From: Vicugna vicugna
Lineage: Eukaryota
DNA: 64,000 nt
Direction: 5' to 3'
NCBI GenBank assembly: GCA_013265495.1
Contig: MU061579.1
Location: forward strand, 5,392,963-5,456,962
The notes beneath the pieces are model-generated. The model was not told where the DNA came from. It searched no databases and saw nothing but the letters and a program-made list of their open reading frames with translations. Every line of letters starts with the position of its first letter. The first letter of the stretch is position 1. The position numbers and the translations under genes were made by a program. Shown in pieces: positions 27,130 through 39,559 of this stretch.

Positions 27130-27590
27130 GTTACTGACTGGAGACAAATGAATCAGAAATGTTCATCTGTAGATTTCCTGACCTTGAGGAGGTGGAGCAT
27201 AACCCTTCACTCCTTAAGTATGGGATGCCCATTGTCACTTACTTCCCTAGAATACAGTATGAAGATAAGGCAAGAGCAACTTTCAGGTGGAGAGATGTAG
27301 CACTAATTCAGCCATGTAGTCAAGGTCAACAGCAGTAATGTTATGTTGATGGTATGCACCCTTGATACAGTGTGATGAAAATGGTACTTAAGACCTTTGT
27401 GGTCTTTCTTCTCAGAACTCAAAACCACATCTTTTTTTTTTTTTTAAAACCACATCTTATCTTGAGGAAAACACCAGCTAAAGCCTTATTGACAAATATA
27501 CAACAACAAAAAAAAACCTAATTGAAACTTAAAACTCAAGGTCGTCAAAAGTAAAGAAAGTCAGAAGTCAGAGCTTAGAGAAGACTTCAC
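27130..27590 (+). mobile_element. L1MC/MD-like 3' region fragment
   Basis: gaggaggtggagcataacccttcactccttaagt and tcaaggtcaacagcagtaatg motifs. Confidence 0.65.
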
Positions 27591-27601
27591 GGCTGAGAGA
27601 G

Positions 27602-27670
27602 TCTTCTCTCTCTCTCCTCTCTCTCGCCTCTCTCTCTCTCTCTCTTTATATATATATGTATGTATATGTA
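27602..27670. repeat. Compound (CT)n-(TA)n microsatellite
   Basis: Directly visible. Confidence 0.9.
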
Positions 27671-29039
27671 AACTTTACCCCTTTTCACAGGACTGATGTC
27701 TGTAAATGTGAGAGGATTCTATAGCTTTGATCACATGGGGAAAAGACTACCATGTTTTTCCATTATGAAAAAACTCTCTCTAAATTTGGTAATCTGGTAG
27801 ATTTTTTTTTTTTTTTTTTTGGTAACTGCTGTGTCCTAAGTTCAGGGGAATCTAGTTCTTCTAAAGAATGGAGTCTCTTAAAAACAGAAACATGTTATAA
27901 TACTTTTATTTTTTTGTCCATGAGTTTTCTTTAGAAATGGAGATCCACTGAGATGTATAGGTAGTCTCACATCCATAAGCCAACTGAGCTGTGTGCTGCC
28001 CAAGAAGTACACCTAACATATCTCTGCAATCCAGGCCCACCAAGATATATGAGTCAATAATTTCCCATTATTGTATAGGCTAGAATGCGTTATGTTCTCA
28101 TTTTCCACTGAGAGAGATCTAACTGATAGACCAATAACAAAGATTGCATCTTTAATGACATTTTCTGGGTGTTTGAATAAATGTTTATTAAGGTGATTCA
28201 AAATAATAGGTATAGTTTACTGAAATTTAAATCTGTAAGATCATTTGCACATAAAACATGTTGCTGTTTTACACTGAGAATACTGTATTAGAATGCAGAA
28301 TCTAAAACAAGGTTTTTGGAATGAAGGATTATTCTGAAAATGACAGCTTTCCCCATTCATCCAAGCAGCTGAATGTCAGGATGAAGCAGGAAGAAAAGGT
28401 CTACACAGATTGTAGATTTGAAGCTCTATCATGTCAAGAGGTTTTAGAGCAGTAAAAATATCTGCAATTTTTGTGTTTTTCCATTGGTAAATCATTTAAG
28501 TATCTCACTTTTTCTTTTTTATAAAGTATCTTCAGATCTCTGAGTTATTTTTAAATTAATAAAAACATATGGAAATGGTTTAGAGACATCAGCAGAGTGA
28601 GTAGACTAGAACAGAAGAGATAGTGCTTGATTATTCTTCTGTGCCTTAACCTAGATTAAGTTCCCAGATGAACAGGGTTGGTAGGAGGAGGGTGTCTGTT
28701 TTAGCTGCAGAAGTACAATTTGCTGCAATCCAACTGAGCATGCGATAAAGAAGAAAAAAATGTTTTAAATAGGTTGTGAGGTCAAAACATTTTAATAATT
28801 ATATACATAGAGTTACAATTTATCCAAATTACTAAATCAGGAATTTATTTTAGACAACTAGGAAATAATATAGCGAGCATTGTGATTCAATGTTCACTTT
28901 TTGAATCTTAGCAAATTCTAAGTTAATCTTCATATAAGGCATAGCTTATTCTTTGACTATCACTATATAGTTTAGCAATTAAATGTAGTATAATTTAAGT
29001 TTTGAAACATATTTTAAGACAGACCGTCTGATTACTATT

Positions 29040-29895
29040 AGATGCTTTCATTTTCTAGTCCAGTTGTTCAGGGTGAAACGCTGGAATCATCTTTAATCCC
29101 TTTGTCTTTCTCAGTCCTCGTGTTCACCCTCAACTCTTGTTGACTCTGTTCAAAACTTGTCTAGAATACAATTACTTATATTCACATCTTGCATCATCAC
29201 TCTGCCAACATCCACTGTCATATAGACTCCAACATGGTAACCCATTTTTGCCATTCACAGACCATCGACAGCATGACAGTGAAAGTAATTATTTTAACAT
29301 ATAAGCAAAGTTATATGATTTTTCCACTCATCAGCAATGGCTTCCCATCTCACAATCAAAGCCAAATATCCTACAGTTATGTAAAATGTCCTATATGACC
29401 TACACCCTTATTATTTCTTGGCCTTCATCTCACCCTCCATCATTCCTCTTCAGTCATTCAATCTTATAGGTGTTTCTGAAATATCCCAGGCGATTTCACA
29501 GCTTGGAAATGTTCTCTTTCACCTTTATATTTTTCCCTGACATGTAAACACACAACTTGCTCCCTGACCACATTCAAAGTCATTTTGCTTATGTCACCTT
29601 AGCCACAGATGAATATTCTATTTGAAATGTAACCTGCTTCCTAACATCTCATTCCTCTCTAACTTATTTGTTCTCCATGGTATTCACTATATAAAATACT
29701 ATGTTTTACTTTTTTGTTTATTAACTCTCTCCCCTACTAGAATGTCTTACTTTTTTTGTTTATTAATTCCCTTTCCTGCTCGAATGTCTTGTGCATTTCA
29801 AGATGGCTGCATTTCTTGTTTTATTTACTGTATCCCAGCATGTAGAATCTGCCACATAATAGATGTTTATTTGATATTTTTGAGTGTGTTGATAA
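29040..29895 (+). mobile_element. LINE-2 3' region
   Basis: L2 motifs ending ...tactgtatcccagcatgtagaatctgccacataatagatgtttattt. A second L2 3' end lies at about 31040-31215. Confidence 0.7.
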
Positions 29896-31289
29896 ACATA
29901 AGTCTAACAAATGTAATGATTTTTTTAAACTATAAAACTAAAACCAATTTAATATATGATAAATTGTCCTTAGGATATACCTTTTATATATTGCCTATGG
30001 TTTCTAATTAAACCCATATAAATAATGTAAACTAGAGCTCAGGGGATCTTAGTATTAATTGTGCTTTTAAAAGCCATGTAAAAGAAGAGAATGAAGTTAA
30101 AAAAAAAAAAAGTCAGAGCCAAGTAATTATTCCAGTCAATTAATTGGTATATATCAAATGCATGAATTGTCTGCTAATGAAATTCTCTTCATTATGCTCA
30201 TCATTAATATTTTCTTTAATCCTTAAGGTCACTGGCTGAATATTCTCTGCTCTCTACATTCTTTTACACAATCTCCCCATGTCATGCCTAGAAGGTCACC
30301 AAGTTAATTGGCTGTTGAGTACTTAAAGTAGCTAATTCCATCTTATAAGTTATCTGATTTTTAATTTTAAAGTTCTTTGGTCAAGGTTACAAGATTAGCA
30401 TAACCTCAAATCAAGAACATGTTACCGGGCAGGGCAATGCTTCTCTAGTCAGTAGCTCAGTGAAACTATTGATGTTGATATAATTGCATGAAAATCCAGC
30501 TGCATTTACTCAAATTGGAGAGTATGACATGCTTTTCCTTATAATTTTTATGTTAGGCTTATAACAGTTTTCAAGGTGTTGTGACTGGGTAGTGAAGAAT
30601 CAAAGGGTTTTGAATAAGTACATATCATAAGTTTGGAGTTTTTCAGTGCTTAATTTATGTCAGTAAATAAGCTTATGTAGTTAGTCATGTTGGTTTGTTA
30701 TGAAGTGGTCCTCTCCATCTGTACCTCTAAGTACAATTTTTTCAGAATATATTTACTTCCCCTCTTTATCTCCATTACCTAGAAAAAAAAAAAACTCAAA
30801 GATCACCCTTTAAGTACTTGTCCTTCTCCAGCTGCTATAACCTCTTACGAACTGTGCTGGCTGTTGCTTTGTGGAGAAACTGAGGAAGACAGTATTTTTA
30901 GAATTTTGTTTGGGCTGCCAGCAAGTTTAAAAGCACCAGTCAGAAAGCAGCAGTCCTCTTCAGGGGAGATTACAGCAGATTGCCTGGCACCCTTTCCTCC
31001 ACTGCTTTGTTCTTCCCCATAGCACATGTGCACCTCTGATACTCTATATGCTCTATATAAATGTCTCCCCTTCTCCCAGCACCACCACAATTGAATAAAA
31101 TTTCGTGGAGGCAGTATCTTGTCAGTTTTGTTTAGTGTCCTCTCCTCAATATCTAGAACAGTTCCTGCTACAAGAGTAGGCCCTGAGAAAATGTCTTCAG
31201 AATGGATGAGTGAATTCCTGGAACTGATTCAGAAATGATTAAAAAGCTGTGGTTATGCTGATGTAGCTAAGATTGCCATTGGACTAGGC

Positions 31290-31492
31290 CCACAGCAACA
31301 TCAGCCCTTCTTGTGCTGTCCAGCTGGCTGGGCTGCCCTCTAGATTTTGGGCTTGGCAGCCCCCACAACTGCCTGAGGCCAATTCCTAAGAGTCTCTTTC
31401 TCGCTCTGTCTTCTCCACCAACACAGACAGGTACAGACATGCACACACACTATTAGTGCCATTTCTGTTTCTCTGGAGACCCCCAGCTAATC
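31290..31492 (+). mobile_element. MLT2 (ERV-L LTR) 3' part
   Basis: gattttgggcttggcagcccccacaactgcctgaggccaattcctaa...tctgtttctctggagacccccagctaat. Confidence 0.75.
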
Positions 31493-31797
31493 AATATTTG
31501 GATATGAGGATACTTAAACTGATTTTTTTTTTCTTATTAACTTGCAACACAGTGCCCCTTTCTCCTGCTCCTAGTGGGGTTTCAATTATGGGAATTCAAC
31601 TTAAACATCATCAAAGCCATTATTGAGAATCCCAAGGCTTCCAATAATGAAGAAACTAATTGGATCCCATTGGGAAACCAGCCTAACCCCATCCCCGGAA
31701 AACTAAAAATAACAACAGCAACAACAAAGACCAGACAGTCGGGAGTACACGCTGGATCCTCACTGAGATCATGAGAGGCGATATCTGTCTCAGTGAC

Positions 31798-32260
31798 TGT
31801 GCCATGAAAAATGTGTAATTAAACCATTACCTGAATATGTTAACCCAATAAGAGGTGTTTACGTTGCCAGTGACAAGATCACAAGTATCAGTCAAAAAAC
31901 TTTACCCTTGTGAAACCCTTGTAAACCATAAGAATGACTGAATCTCTGGTGTTTTTGACCAGCCTCAGCCACAGCATTTCAGGAATGCATAACCTGCTTG
32001 TCTGCCTTAATTCTAGTGTGTTATAATCCTTCTTCCCCCACGCCTGACCCCTGCCCAGACATCAACAATCTTCGTAGCATTACTCCAGTAGATATAAAAA
32101 CCAGTGACCCTATGAGTACCGAAGCATGCTGTTCACAGCAGAAGTCAGTTACATGATGGGACCAGAGCCGACTAATCAGTGAGTGATTTAATGTGTGGTG
32201 ACTTGACTTTATGAGAGTCCAGTCCTTTTTTTTTGAACATCTGAACCCTTAAACTAGAAA
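31798..32260 (+). mobile_element. Probable old ERV1-class solo LTR (family uncertain)
   Basis: Starts TGT, has aagaatgactgaatct...agcatttcaggaatg, and a TATA-like tataaaa at about 32093. End and TSD not resolved. Confidence 0.5.
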
Positions 32261-32404
32261 CAAGATAAGCAAAGGAGAAATCTCAGGCTTATGAAGCAAA
32301 TACATTTTTTGAGCATTGTGTGCTGTCCCTTCAGTAGAGACCACAAAAAGAGGACCACTGAGCAGATGACCTTTCATTTAAGTAGTGCATCAATGAAAGA
32401 ATAT

Positions 32405-33200
32405 CAAGAGCTCATCACACTTGAAAATTTGTAGATTTTCCTTTTTAGCCACATCTGAAGATAAGCTATATCAAGTAGCCAAAATAAAGCAATAGCTACA
32501 CATACCAACCCCTGGGTTAAGATCCAGAATGGGCCATCACGTACAAGTCTGTCACTGACTTACTGATAAGAGCTCTACTTTTTTCCATAATCCCATCTTT
32601 GAGGTCAACACAGTTTATTAAGAATGTTAAATGTACTTTACTATGTCTTTGAACATAGTGGAATGATATTCCCAAATCCTGCCTTTTATGTGTCCCAGAC
32701 ACAGTTTCAAAAATCACTATTCACTGACATACTGAGTACTCTGTGACATTACAATGACATTTATAATCAATCTAATCTCACCCATAATTTCTGTTAGGAT
32801 ATGGCCCCGTTAGTAATATCCCTGTCATCTCTGTGGTTTGCCTCAGCAAATTCATCTCATTTTATCAAAGAAATGTTATGTCTCCAGAAACTATTTTATC
32901 ACCAACAGTCATTGTAGGTTTTATTATGATACTGAAAAAAAAAATTGTTCAAAACTGTCCCTGTCTGTAGCTGCCTGTCCATTAACCATCACTCATAGTC
33001 CAATTGCTATATAGAAATATCAAGTGGACCTTGGGAAAATGTCTACACTATTACAGCTCTGTTAGGATTAAATTGAAAACTACCAACCCCACATCTTCTC
33101 TGGCCATTACAATGTTTTCTATGGCAATTCACTGCATATACTCCCACTCTTGAAACACCACTCCATGATAAATGTACTTTCTATCCTGCCACTTTTCTGT
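32405..33200 (-). pseudogene. Possible decayed envelope gene of an ancient class III (ERV-L-related) retrovirus
   Basis: Minus-strand fragments in order: YHGVVFQEWEYMQ*IAIENIVMAREDVGL, CHCNVTEYSVC, DLGISF...DLKDGIMEKSRALISK, then hydrophobic WILTQGLVCVAIALFWLLDIAYL and basic tail KRKIYK...*. Many stops and frameshifts. Confidence 0.45.
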
Positions 33201-35799
33201 AACAAGATTGCAACAAAACATCAATGTTCAATCAGTACCTCAGTGATACTGAGTGAGAGTGGGACACACAGAAAGAGCAACAGGACATCTGATAATATGT
33301 CAAGAGAGTTACCTGTTATATGCTGATAGAAATTGAAATCTCCGAGATAAAATGTGATTTCCAAATGCGACCTGGCCTTCCATTTGACACATTCATACCA
33401 CTTGCTTCTGATGAAAATGGAAAGATTGCTTGCTAGGGCTGGTCAACATTATCAAGTCAATCAAATATGCTGCCTCCTATTCAGTTGCCTTGAAAATACA
33501 AATCATTTCCGTGTTCCTTGGTCTCATGCTACTCCTAAGTGCCCTAGACCCTGTGTTGCCTTCCATTTTCATCATCTGAGCTCCCCAACATGGACATAGT
33601 AATTAACCCTAGAAATTTGACCATGAAAACCTGCTGAAGTTGAGGTAATTGTTCGAGGACACTCCACCCCTACCTACCCTTTCCCAACTTGTTTGCCATT
33701 ATGTTTTTTAAGCTAACTTGAAAATTCTTAGCTCTATGACTCTGATGTTAATCTTTCCTTTAGTGATTTGAAATTGTTGGCATTAGATCTCAATGGTATC
33801 TGAATTTTGATTTGGCCTAATTGATTCTGACTTTGCTTATGGCTCTATTCTGGGTTAAAAGAGTGTGATATGTCCCTGTTTTTCTGAGCCTTATTTGGAG
33901 GACAAAAAGAGAAGCAATATCTTAAATGATTGAGCCATTCATGGACTATAGCAAGAATAAATATGATTCTTATACTGAGAGGCCTTGGAAAGATCATCCT
34001 AGTAGTGGTCCTGTCCTTTTAGCCATTTTTTATGAGTTATACATAAAGGAGTCTATTTGTGGTGTCTCTAGGAAAGAAATATTTAATTTCCATATTCTGA
34101 ATTATTTTTATTAAGTTTTTTATCTTAACTTCAAACCTGCCTGTCATTTTCAGCAATTTACAAGAGTGCTTGAGGGACGATGAGAATTTGGGAAACATGC
34201 TAGTAATGACAATTTTCCATGATTGCCTGGAGAGTTTTTGGAAGAGGACTTGATGAAGATTTTGATATTGAAAGTAGTCTGTTAGTCTGCTGAGGCAGGT
34301 GAAGGAAGGAAAATTAGAGCAGGATATTCAGTCAACTTGTGCTGTCATCTATATTGACTACACTTGCTGTTGAAGGGATCAGATTAATTACAATGTAATA
34401 TCTGTCCATCAGCTTATATGTTTTGCAGATACAGCATTTATATTTGTGCCTAACAAACATTGGTGGTAATTACAGTCTATCTGTAGAATAACTAATATTC
34501 TCAAAATATGAGGACATTATCAGTCTCTGTCTGTTTCTACCTATATGTGTTTTTCCTAGGAATTCTGAAGCAAATGACCACATATACTAATTCATAAAGA
34601 TCAAATGAGAATTAATTTGCTAATTACTCGAACCTTTCAGGGTGTGAAAACAGCCTTATTTTCTTTTTCTCCTAAGTTTTAGGGCTGATTAAATTAAGTA
34701 GTTCTTCAAGAGTGGCTTTGCCTAAATAATTAATGTGATGATTTTTAAAGTATTTACCTCTAGGTTAACGCCTGCCCCATAAGCTTAGGGATACTTTTGT
34801 CTTACTTTGTAGATAAATGTTTAGAGCAGAAATCCGTTAAGACTAATCAAACCTGAGGCATTGTTGCAGGACGTTAATTTACCCAAACCTATTAATTCTT
34901 GTCTGTTTTCAAACCATATTTACTTAAACAAGGGTCTGGAAACTGAGATAAAACCAATGCAAAATGCATATAAAATGTCACATAACTTCAAATGTATGTG
35001 TGTATACAAATATTTGTTAGGAATTTAAATCAAATGTAGATTTACCTGCAAATAAATGTTAAGAAGTGTTTTGTTATCCTCTCAGAAATTTATGGTATTT
35101 TTGATGATCTGTTACTTGTACATTTGCTCCAAATGCAAAATAGGGATTTAACCAGTTTGTTCATATGATAACAATGTAAGTGCCACCTAAAAACAAACTT
35201 TTCTACATAAGATTTGGGAGTTCTCTGTAGCATCCATTTGCATACTAAATATGAAATCTAAATGCTAGCATTTCCTATATGCACCAAGAGCAGGGATTGG
35301 CCTGCAAATGATGCATTTATTTTATTTACTTTCCAATGCAGAAAGTATTAACCATTGGTATATGATCAAGGTCAATTGAATCCAATTTCAGTTCTTGACT
35401 TTCTTTTTTGAGTACTTGTGACTCTTTATAAGCACTGTTATTTCACCATTTTTATTCTTTCTTAGAGATTTTCAAAAAAAAATCTAAATTTTTAAATGAA
35501 ATTTAAAACTTATTCTACATTATAATTGCCATGTGGTCTCATGGATGATCTTGTAAATCTAAGATACATTATAAAAAACTGGAATATTAATTTTTGTAAG
35601 TATTAAAAATTTGATGTGTAATTATCCTAAGAATTAGTTACTTATTACTCAGCAATTATTCAAACTATGCTAAAAAAGGGACTACAATAATATGAAAAGG
35701 GAAGAATGATAGAATTGCCCAGAAGATGTTATAGTGCTGAAATGATCAGTTTTCAATATTCATAACTTTTCTTACTGTGTTGCCAAAAATTTTGCATCA

Positions 35800-36355
35800 T
35801 TTTTTCAAAAAACATATAAAGGGACTCTGGAGACATTATTTCTAGTATTCTTTTAACTTTTTTTTTTTAGGCTTCATTAAACTTAGGTGAGAATTCAGAA
35901 TTTTCATTTTGTTCCATAATCACAAAGAGAAGAGAATTGGCAGAGGAAGATTTATCGCAGTTATTAGACAAATTATAAGATGAATGCAAAGGGACAGAGA
36001 GCTGTACCCTAACCTCTAATGATGGTGGTAAAACTGATCATATAAGCACAATCTCAGAGTAGGACTTTTTATGTGATACTATCTTAATTGATGTTTTTAT
36101 ACTTGAGTTACTTAACAATGCATTTCTAAGAAAAAATCTTATTCAGTTAGCTATGCAATAGGAAGAACTCCATTATATATTTGCAGAATGACTCTGAATG
36201 ATTCTGTTATGCCAAAAAAATGCGATAAAATTAACTTTTACAATAACCAAAATTGACTTGACACTAGTCATAAGTGAACAAATGCTGAAGGCAGGTACGT
36301 GTACGGAAGTGATCTAGAAATAAATAGATGATATAGAAGTGAAAAAACAATTTAT
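35800..36355 (+). mobile_element. Looper-like piggyBac DNA transposon relic (transposase N-terminal region)
   Basis: From 35919: ITKRRELAEEDLSQLLDKL*DECKGTESCTLTSNDGGKTDHISTISE; later HK*TNAEGRYVY..IDDIEVKK, matching the piggyBac TN.EG motif. Confidence 0.75.
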
Positions 36356-36489
36356 TAAGATCAGTTTGATAAATATGAAATACAATCTTTTGCAATTATA
36401 GACCAAAGAAACTGGCTTATTGGTGGGCTCTCTAAAATGGAAAAGATAAGGAAATGGATTCACCTCTACCGCCACAAAAAAGAAATACA

Positions 36490-36590
36490 GTACCTCCAAC
36501 ACATTGATTTTAACTAAGTGAGTGAGTTGTTTTAAGCCATTATGTTTGTGGTAATTTGTCATGCAGCAGTAAAATGTGAATGCAGTATAT
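36490..36590 (+). mobile_element. MLT1 LTR 3' end fragment
   Basis: gttgttttaagccattatgtttgtggtaatttgtcatgcagcagtaaaa. Confidence 0.65.
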
Positions 36591-37809
36591 GAAGGTGGTT
36601 TTCTCAAATCATATAACTCCATGTTCTAGAGTTTAACAAACCTGAGACTACTGACGTGAGAAGAGAGGGTGTACATCAAGGGCAAAGCAAGTGGAAGACG
36701 ATGATTTGGACAGCATTCTCCTTCTTTGACATGGTAACACACCACAGCTTTATGACTTATTTAATGATTCCTTAAACAACACTTAGCTCTAAACTGCATT
36801 GCATAAGGACCATTAATTGTCTTTTACAATTCTGCATGCTTTTCAGATAGTTTCCCAAATCCATCTGTCCTCTTTTAAATCCTTCTAAGCACAGTCTTCC
36901 AGTTTGTGAATCACATCAAGAAGCAAATTCACAGCATTTTATGTTTATGCCCACTTTTATATATGTTCTTTGTTTAAATAATGTAGGCATAATTCATCAT
37001 TAATTAACCTTAGAACATGATATTTGATGTATTTCCTTCGTATCAGGGCTATTCTTCCAAATGTACATCACTAGTTTTTTTCAAGTATTTAAAACTTGCA
37101 GAGAACCAATGCTGATTTTTTCTGTAAAAGCTATATAGTCAACTCTTCAATCGGAGTCAGTAACCACTTTGAAGATAACTATCTGAAGAAAACCCACTGA
37201 TAATCAGATTATGTGTGCAGGTGATTCATTATGGAAAAAGCTGAGAAAAATAACTATGTTTGTGAAAGCCTGTGATTCTATATGATAGGAGGAAAATTAA
37301 CTGTTCTTTTATTAATTGTACAAACATATTTTAACCGCCTACAGTATTTAAAACACAGTTGTATACTCAGGGATGCAGAATGATCCAGGGGAGCCTGGTT
37401 CAGTCCTGGGGGAACTATACTAGGAGATACTTAATTAAGTTTTCTACATATATTAACCTCTTATACACAGTATACATTGTCTCAGGATTTTAAATCTGAA
37501 ACTTGATTTTATGGATCCAAAGCACTGCTCCTCCACTTGCTACCTTGAACAGTTAGTTTCACTATTTAAACATCAGTTCCCTCACTTACAAAAATAGAAA
37601 CATAATTCTAACTGTACTTACCTGGCAGGAAGGAGATGAAATTCAGAGGTCAGAGTGTTCATCAAATATGCAGCACAGACATAATTGAGCTAATATTCTG
37701 CACAATTGTCTTCCCACCTCTGTATGCTGGAAAAACTCAAACTTGTCAATTAATGTCCCATTCCTTTCTGGTACACAGTTTCCTTTGAGTTGTCACACAT
37801 ACCTTAGAA

Positions 37810-38096
37810 GAAATTCTTAGTCTTTGAGAGAAAATAGTGTGTGCTGAGACCATCTGGACTGAATATGTGACTGCACCCAGTTAAATAAACTTTTAAGATT
37901 CCTGCAGGTGAGTGCCAGGATCTACCTGTCTTTTGACCACCAAAGACAAGCCTGGTATGTAAATTCCTTGGCTTTTTAACCCTGCCACATACCCATCTGG
38001 AGTGATCTGCTTCTTTCTTTGTACTATGTTTGCCTTCCATGTACAGAGGCCAGTTTCAGATTTCAGCCTGGGAAGCTCCCAAAATGCAAACCAACA
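37810..38096 (+). mobile_element. 5' LTR (partial) of the outer ERV, MER34/MER21-group-like
   Basis: Colinear with 44940-45219 (gaccatct, aagacaagcct, gagtgatctgc, ggccagtttcagat, cctgggaa). Ends ccaaca. Left boundary unclear. Confidence 0.7.
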
Positions 38097-38536
38097 ATTG
38101 ACAAGTCAGGTCAGAGAATGAGATTGTTGTTGAGAAAGAGGCATTTGCAGGGGAAATCTTCAGTTAACCATCTACTTCTGTGTGAGGAGAGCTGGCCTGT
38201 ATGTTAGATGCTTGTGGACCACTGTGTGACTACTGAGATGCTTCAAAAACTCAGGCTGGTTTGATGCACTTGTTTGAGGAACTATGCAGAATGCCCTGCC
38301 GCAAAGGGGGATGAATTGCCTGGGTAGTGGGCTGGCATCTACTGTGGGCAGGTTCACTCTCTGCTCATGCCCAACCGGAGGTGAAGTTCAATTCCAGTTA
38401 GAAAGTTGGAAGAAGAGCTTCGGTGAGGGAAGGGCCTTCAGGTGTCCACCACTCTGCTAGCTTCGGGCTGGCAGACAAAGTTGGAGAGCAGGATGATGAA
38501 TCGGAGACCTTAGCCTGAAGCTGCAAAAGCTTGGAG
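38097..38536 (+). pseudogene. gag: Outer ERV leader and ERV-L-like gag N-terminal relic (left part)
   Basis: Degenerate PBS-like tgacaagtcaggtcagag after the LTR. Translates LEEELR*GKGLQVSTTLLASGLADKVGEQDDESETLA and continues across the inner insertion. Confidence 0.6.
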
Positions 38537-39010
38537 TGTTACTGACCCTCCGGAGCTGGTCCTCAGCAGGTTCCTCCCGCTGGGGGTCGCTCGCGCCAAT
38601 AGAATGTAACCAAGTTTGGTTCAGAAGCAAAGGAAAGCTTTACTCTTTGATCGAAGGTTGAAGATGTGCCAGCTCTTGCTCTAGAGCACGAGGCCTCCCT
38701 GAAGAGCCATGGGCGGGGCTGCTGTATGGGGCTCCTGCGGGCGGGAGGGGGCGGAGCGTTCTCAGTGCGCGCGCAGGCGCAGCTGCGCGGCTCACGCAGG
38801 CAGTGCCGTTGCTGTGTCTCTGCACGTGGCCTGGTGGGCTGAGGTGTCCATGCAGCCGTTTTGCATTATGGATGCTGAAAGGCCAGGTGGAAGCAAGTGA
38901 CGACTAAGCACAAAGGATAAGGGGGAAAAAAAAAAAGGTTACATTTTTATTTTATAACCTAGATTCTATTTTTATTTCCCAGGAATTGTTAATGGGCTTT
39001 GCTGGTGATA
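38537..39010 (-). mobile_element. 3' LTR of the inner provirus (474 bp)
   Basis: Shares both ends with 43511-44061 (ggttcagaagc.aaggaaagctttactctttgatc; agattctatttttattt; aattgttaatgggctttgc). AGTAAA poly(A) variant on the minus strand. Confidence 0.9.
38705..38830. promoter_or_regulatory. CpG-rich LTR U3 core with GC boxes and an NRF1-like site
   Basis: gggcgggg 38711-38718, ggggcggag 38748-38756, cgcgcaggcgca 38770-38781; about 15 CpGs in 38701-38870. Confidence 0.55.
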
Positions 39011-39012
39011 AA

Positions 39013-39029
39013 TCCCTCCTCTGTCTTTT
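39013..39029 (-). other. Polypurine tract of the inner provirus
   Basis: Minus strand aaaagacagaggaggga followed by tt, immediately before the 3' LTR. Confidence 0.85.
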
Positions 39030-39059
39030 GTCCTGCCCCTCATTCTTGAAGGGCTCTGA

Positions 39060-39290
39060 GGGGCGCAAGTCCATATTCTGTAACTTCTTCCTGCTGATTT
39101 GGGGCATCATCATAACCCCAGGTAGAGGAGCAGAGCTTCCTCCAGCCGCCTTTAGATGTGTTTGTCACAAGGCCTCAGCCCTGAGTGTTTGTGTCCCTGA
39201 GTGACCACCATTTGTCTAACCCTTTGGAGACAAAGGATACTAGACAGTGGCCCAACTATTAGCAGGACAATGATGGTCACATGTCGACTT
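39060..39290 (-). pseudogene. env: env C-terminal remnant (most of env deleted)
   Basis: IVLLIVGP, LVSFVSK, MVVTQG and APNQQEEVTE fragments, typical of class I TM membrane span and tail. Confidence 0.65.
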
Positions 39291-39559
39291 TTTCCTAAAA
39301 ATGAAGGCATCTAGGACTCTACCTGCAGGAAAAGTGTGCCCTGATGTCAAGGCTCATTGCCGCTGCCTGAGTCTCCCTGGTCACATTTCAGTTGTTTTTC
39401 AGAGAGAAGTTTCAGATTAGAGAGAGGTTCGCACGACTAGTCAAGGAGCCGTTGCCCCAGGTTGTCCCCGGAGTTTGGGGCTCGGGGGCCCTCTTCACTT
39501 GAGTGTGATTTCCCACGGTGCAATCTCCTGCAGCTTCAGGGTAGCGCAGCTGGTCGGGA

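Noticed and set aside
32405..33200. Endogenous bornavirus or filovirus glycoprotein
   Set aside because: No diagnostic motif recognised, and the downstream PPT-like tract favours an LTR-retroelement origin.
37895..37913. cctgcag|gtgagt motif
   Set aside because: Inside an LTR with a poor pyrimidine tract; at most a cryptic donor.
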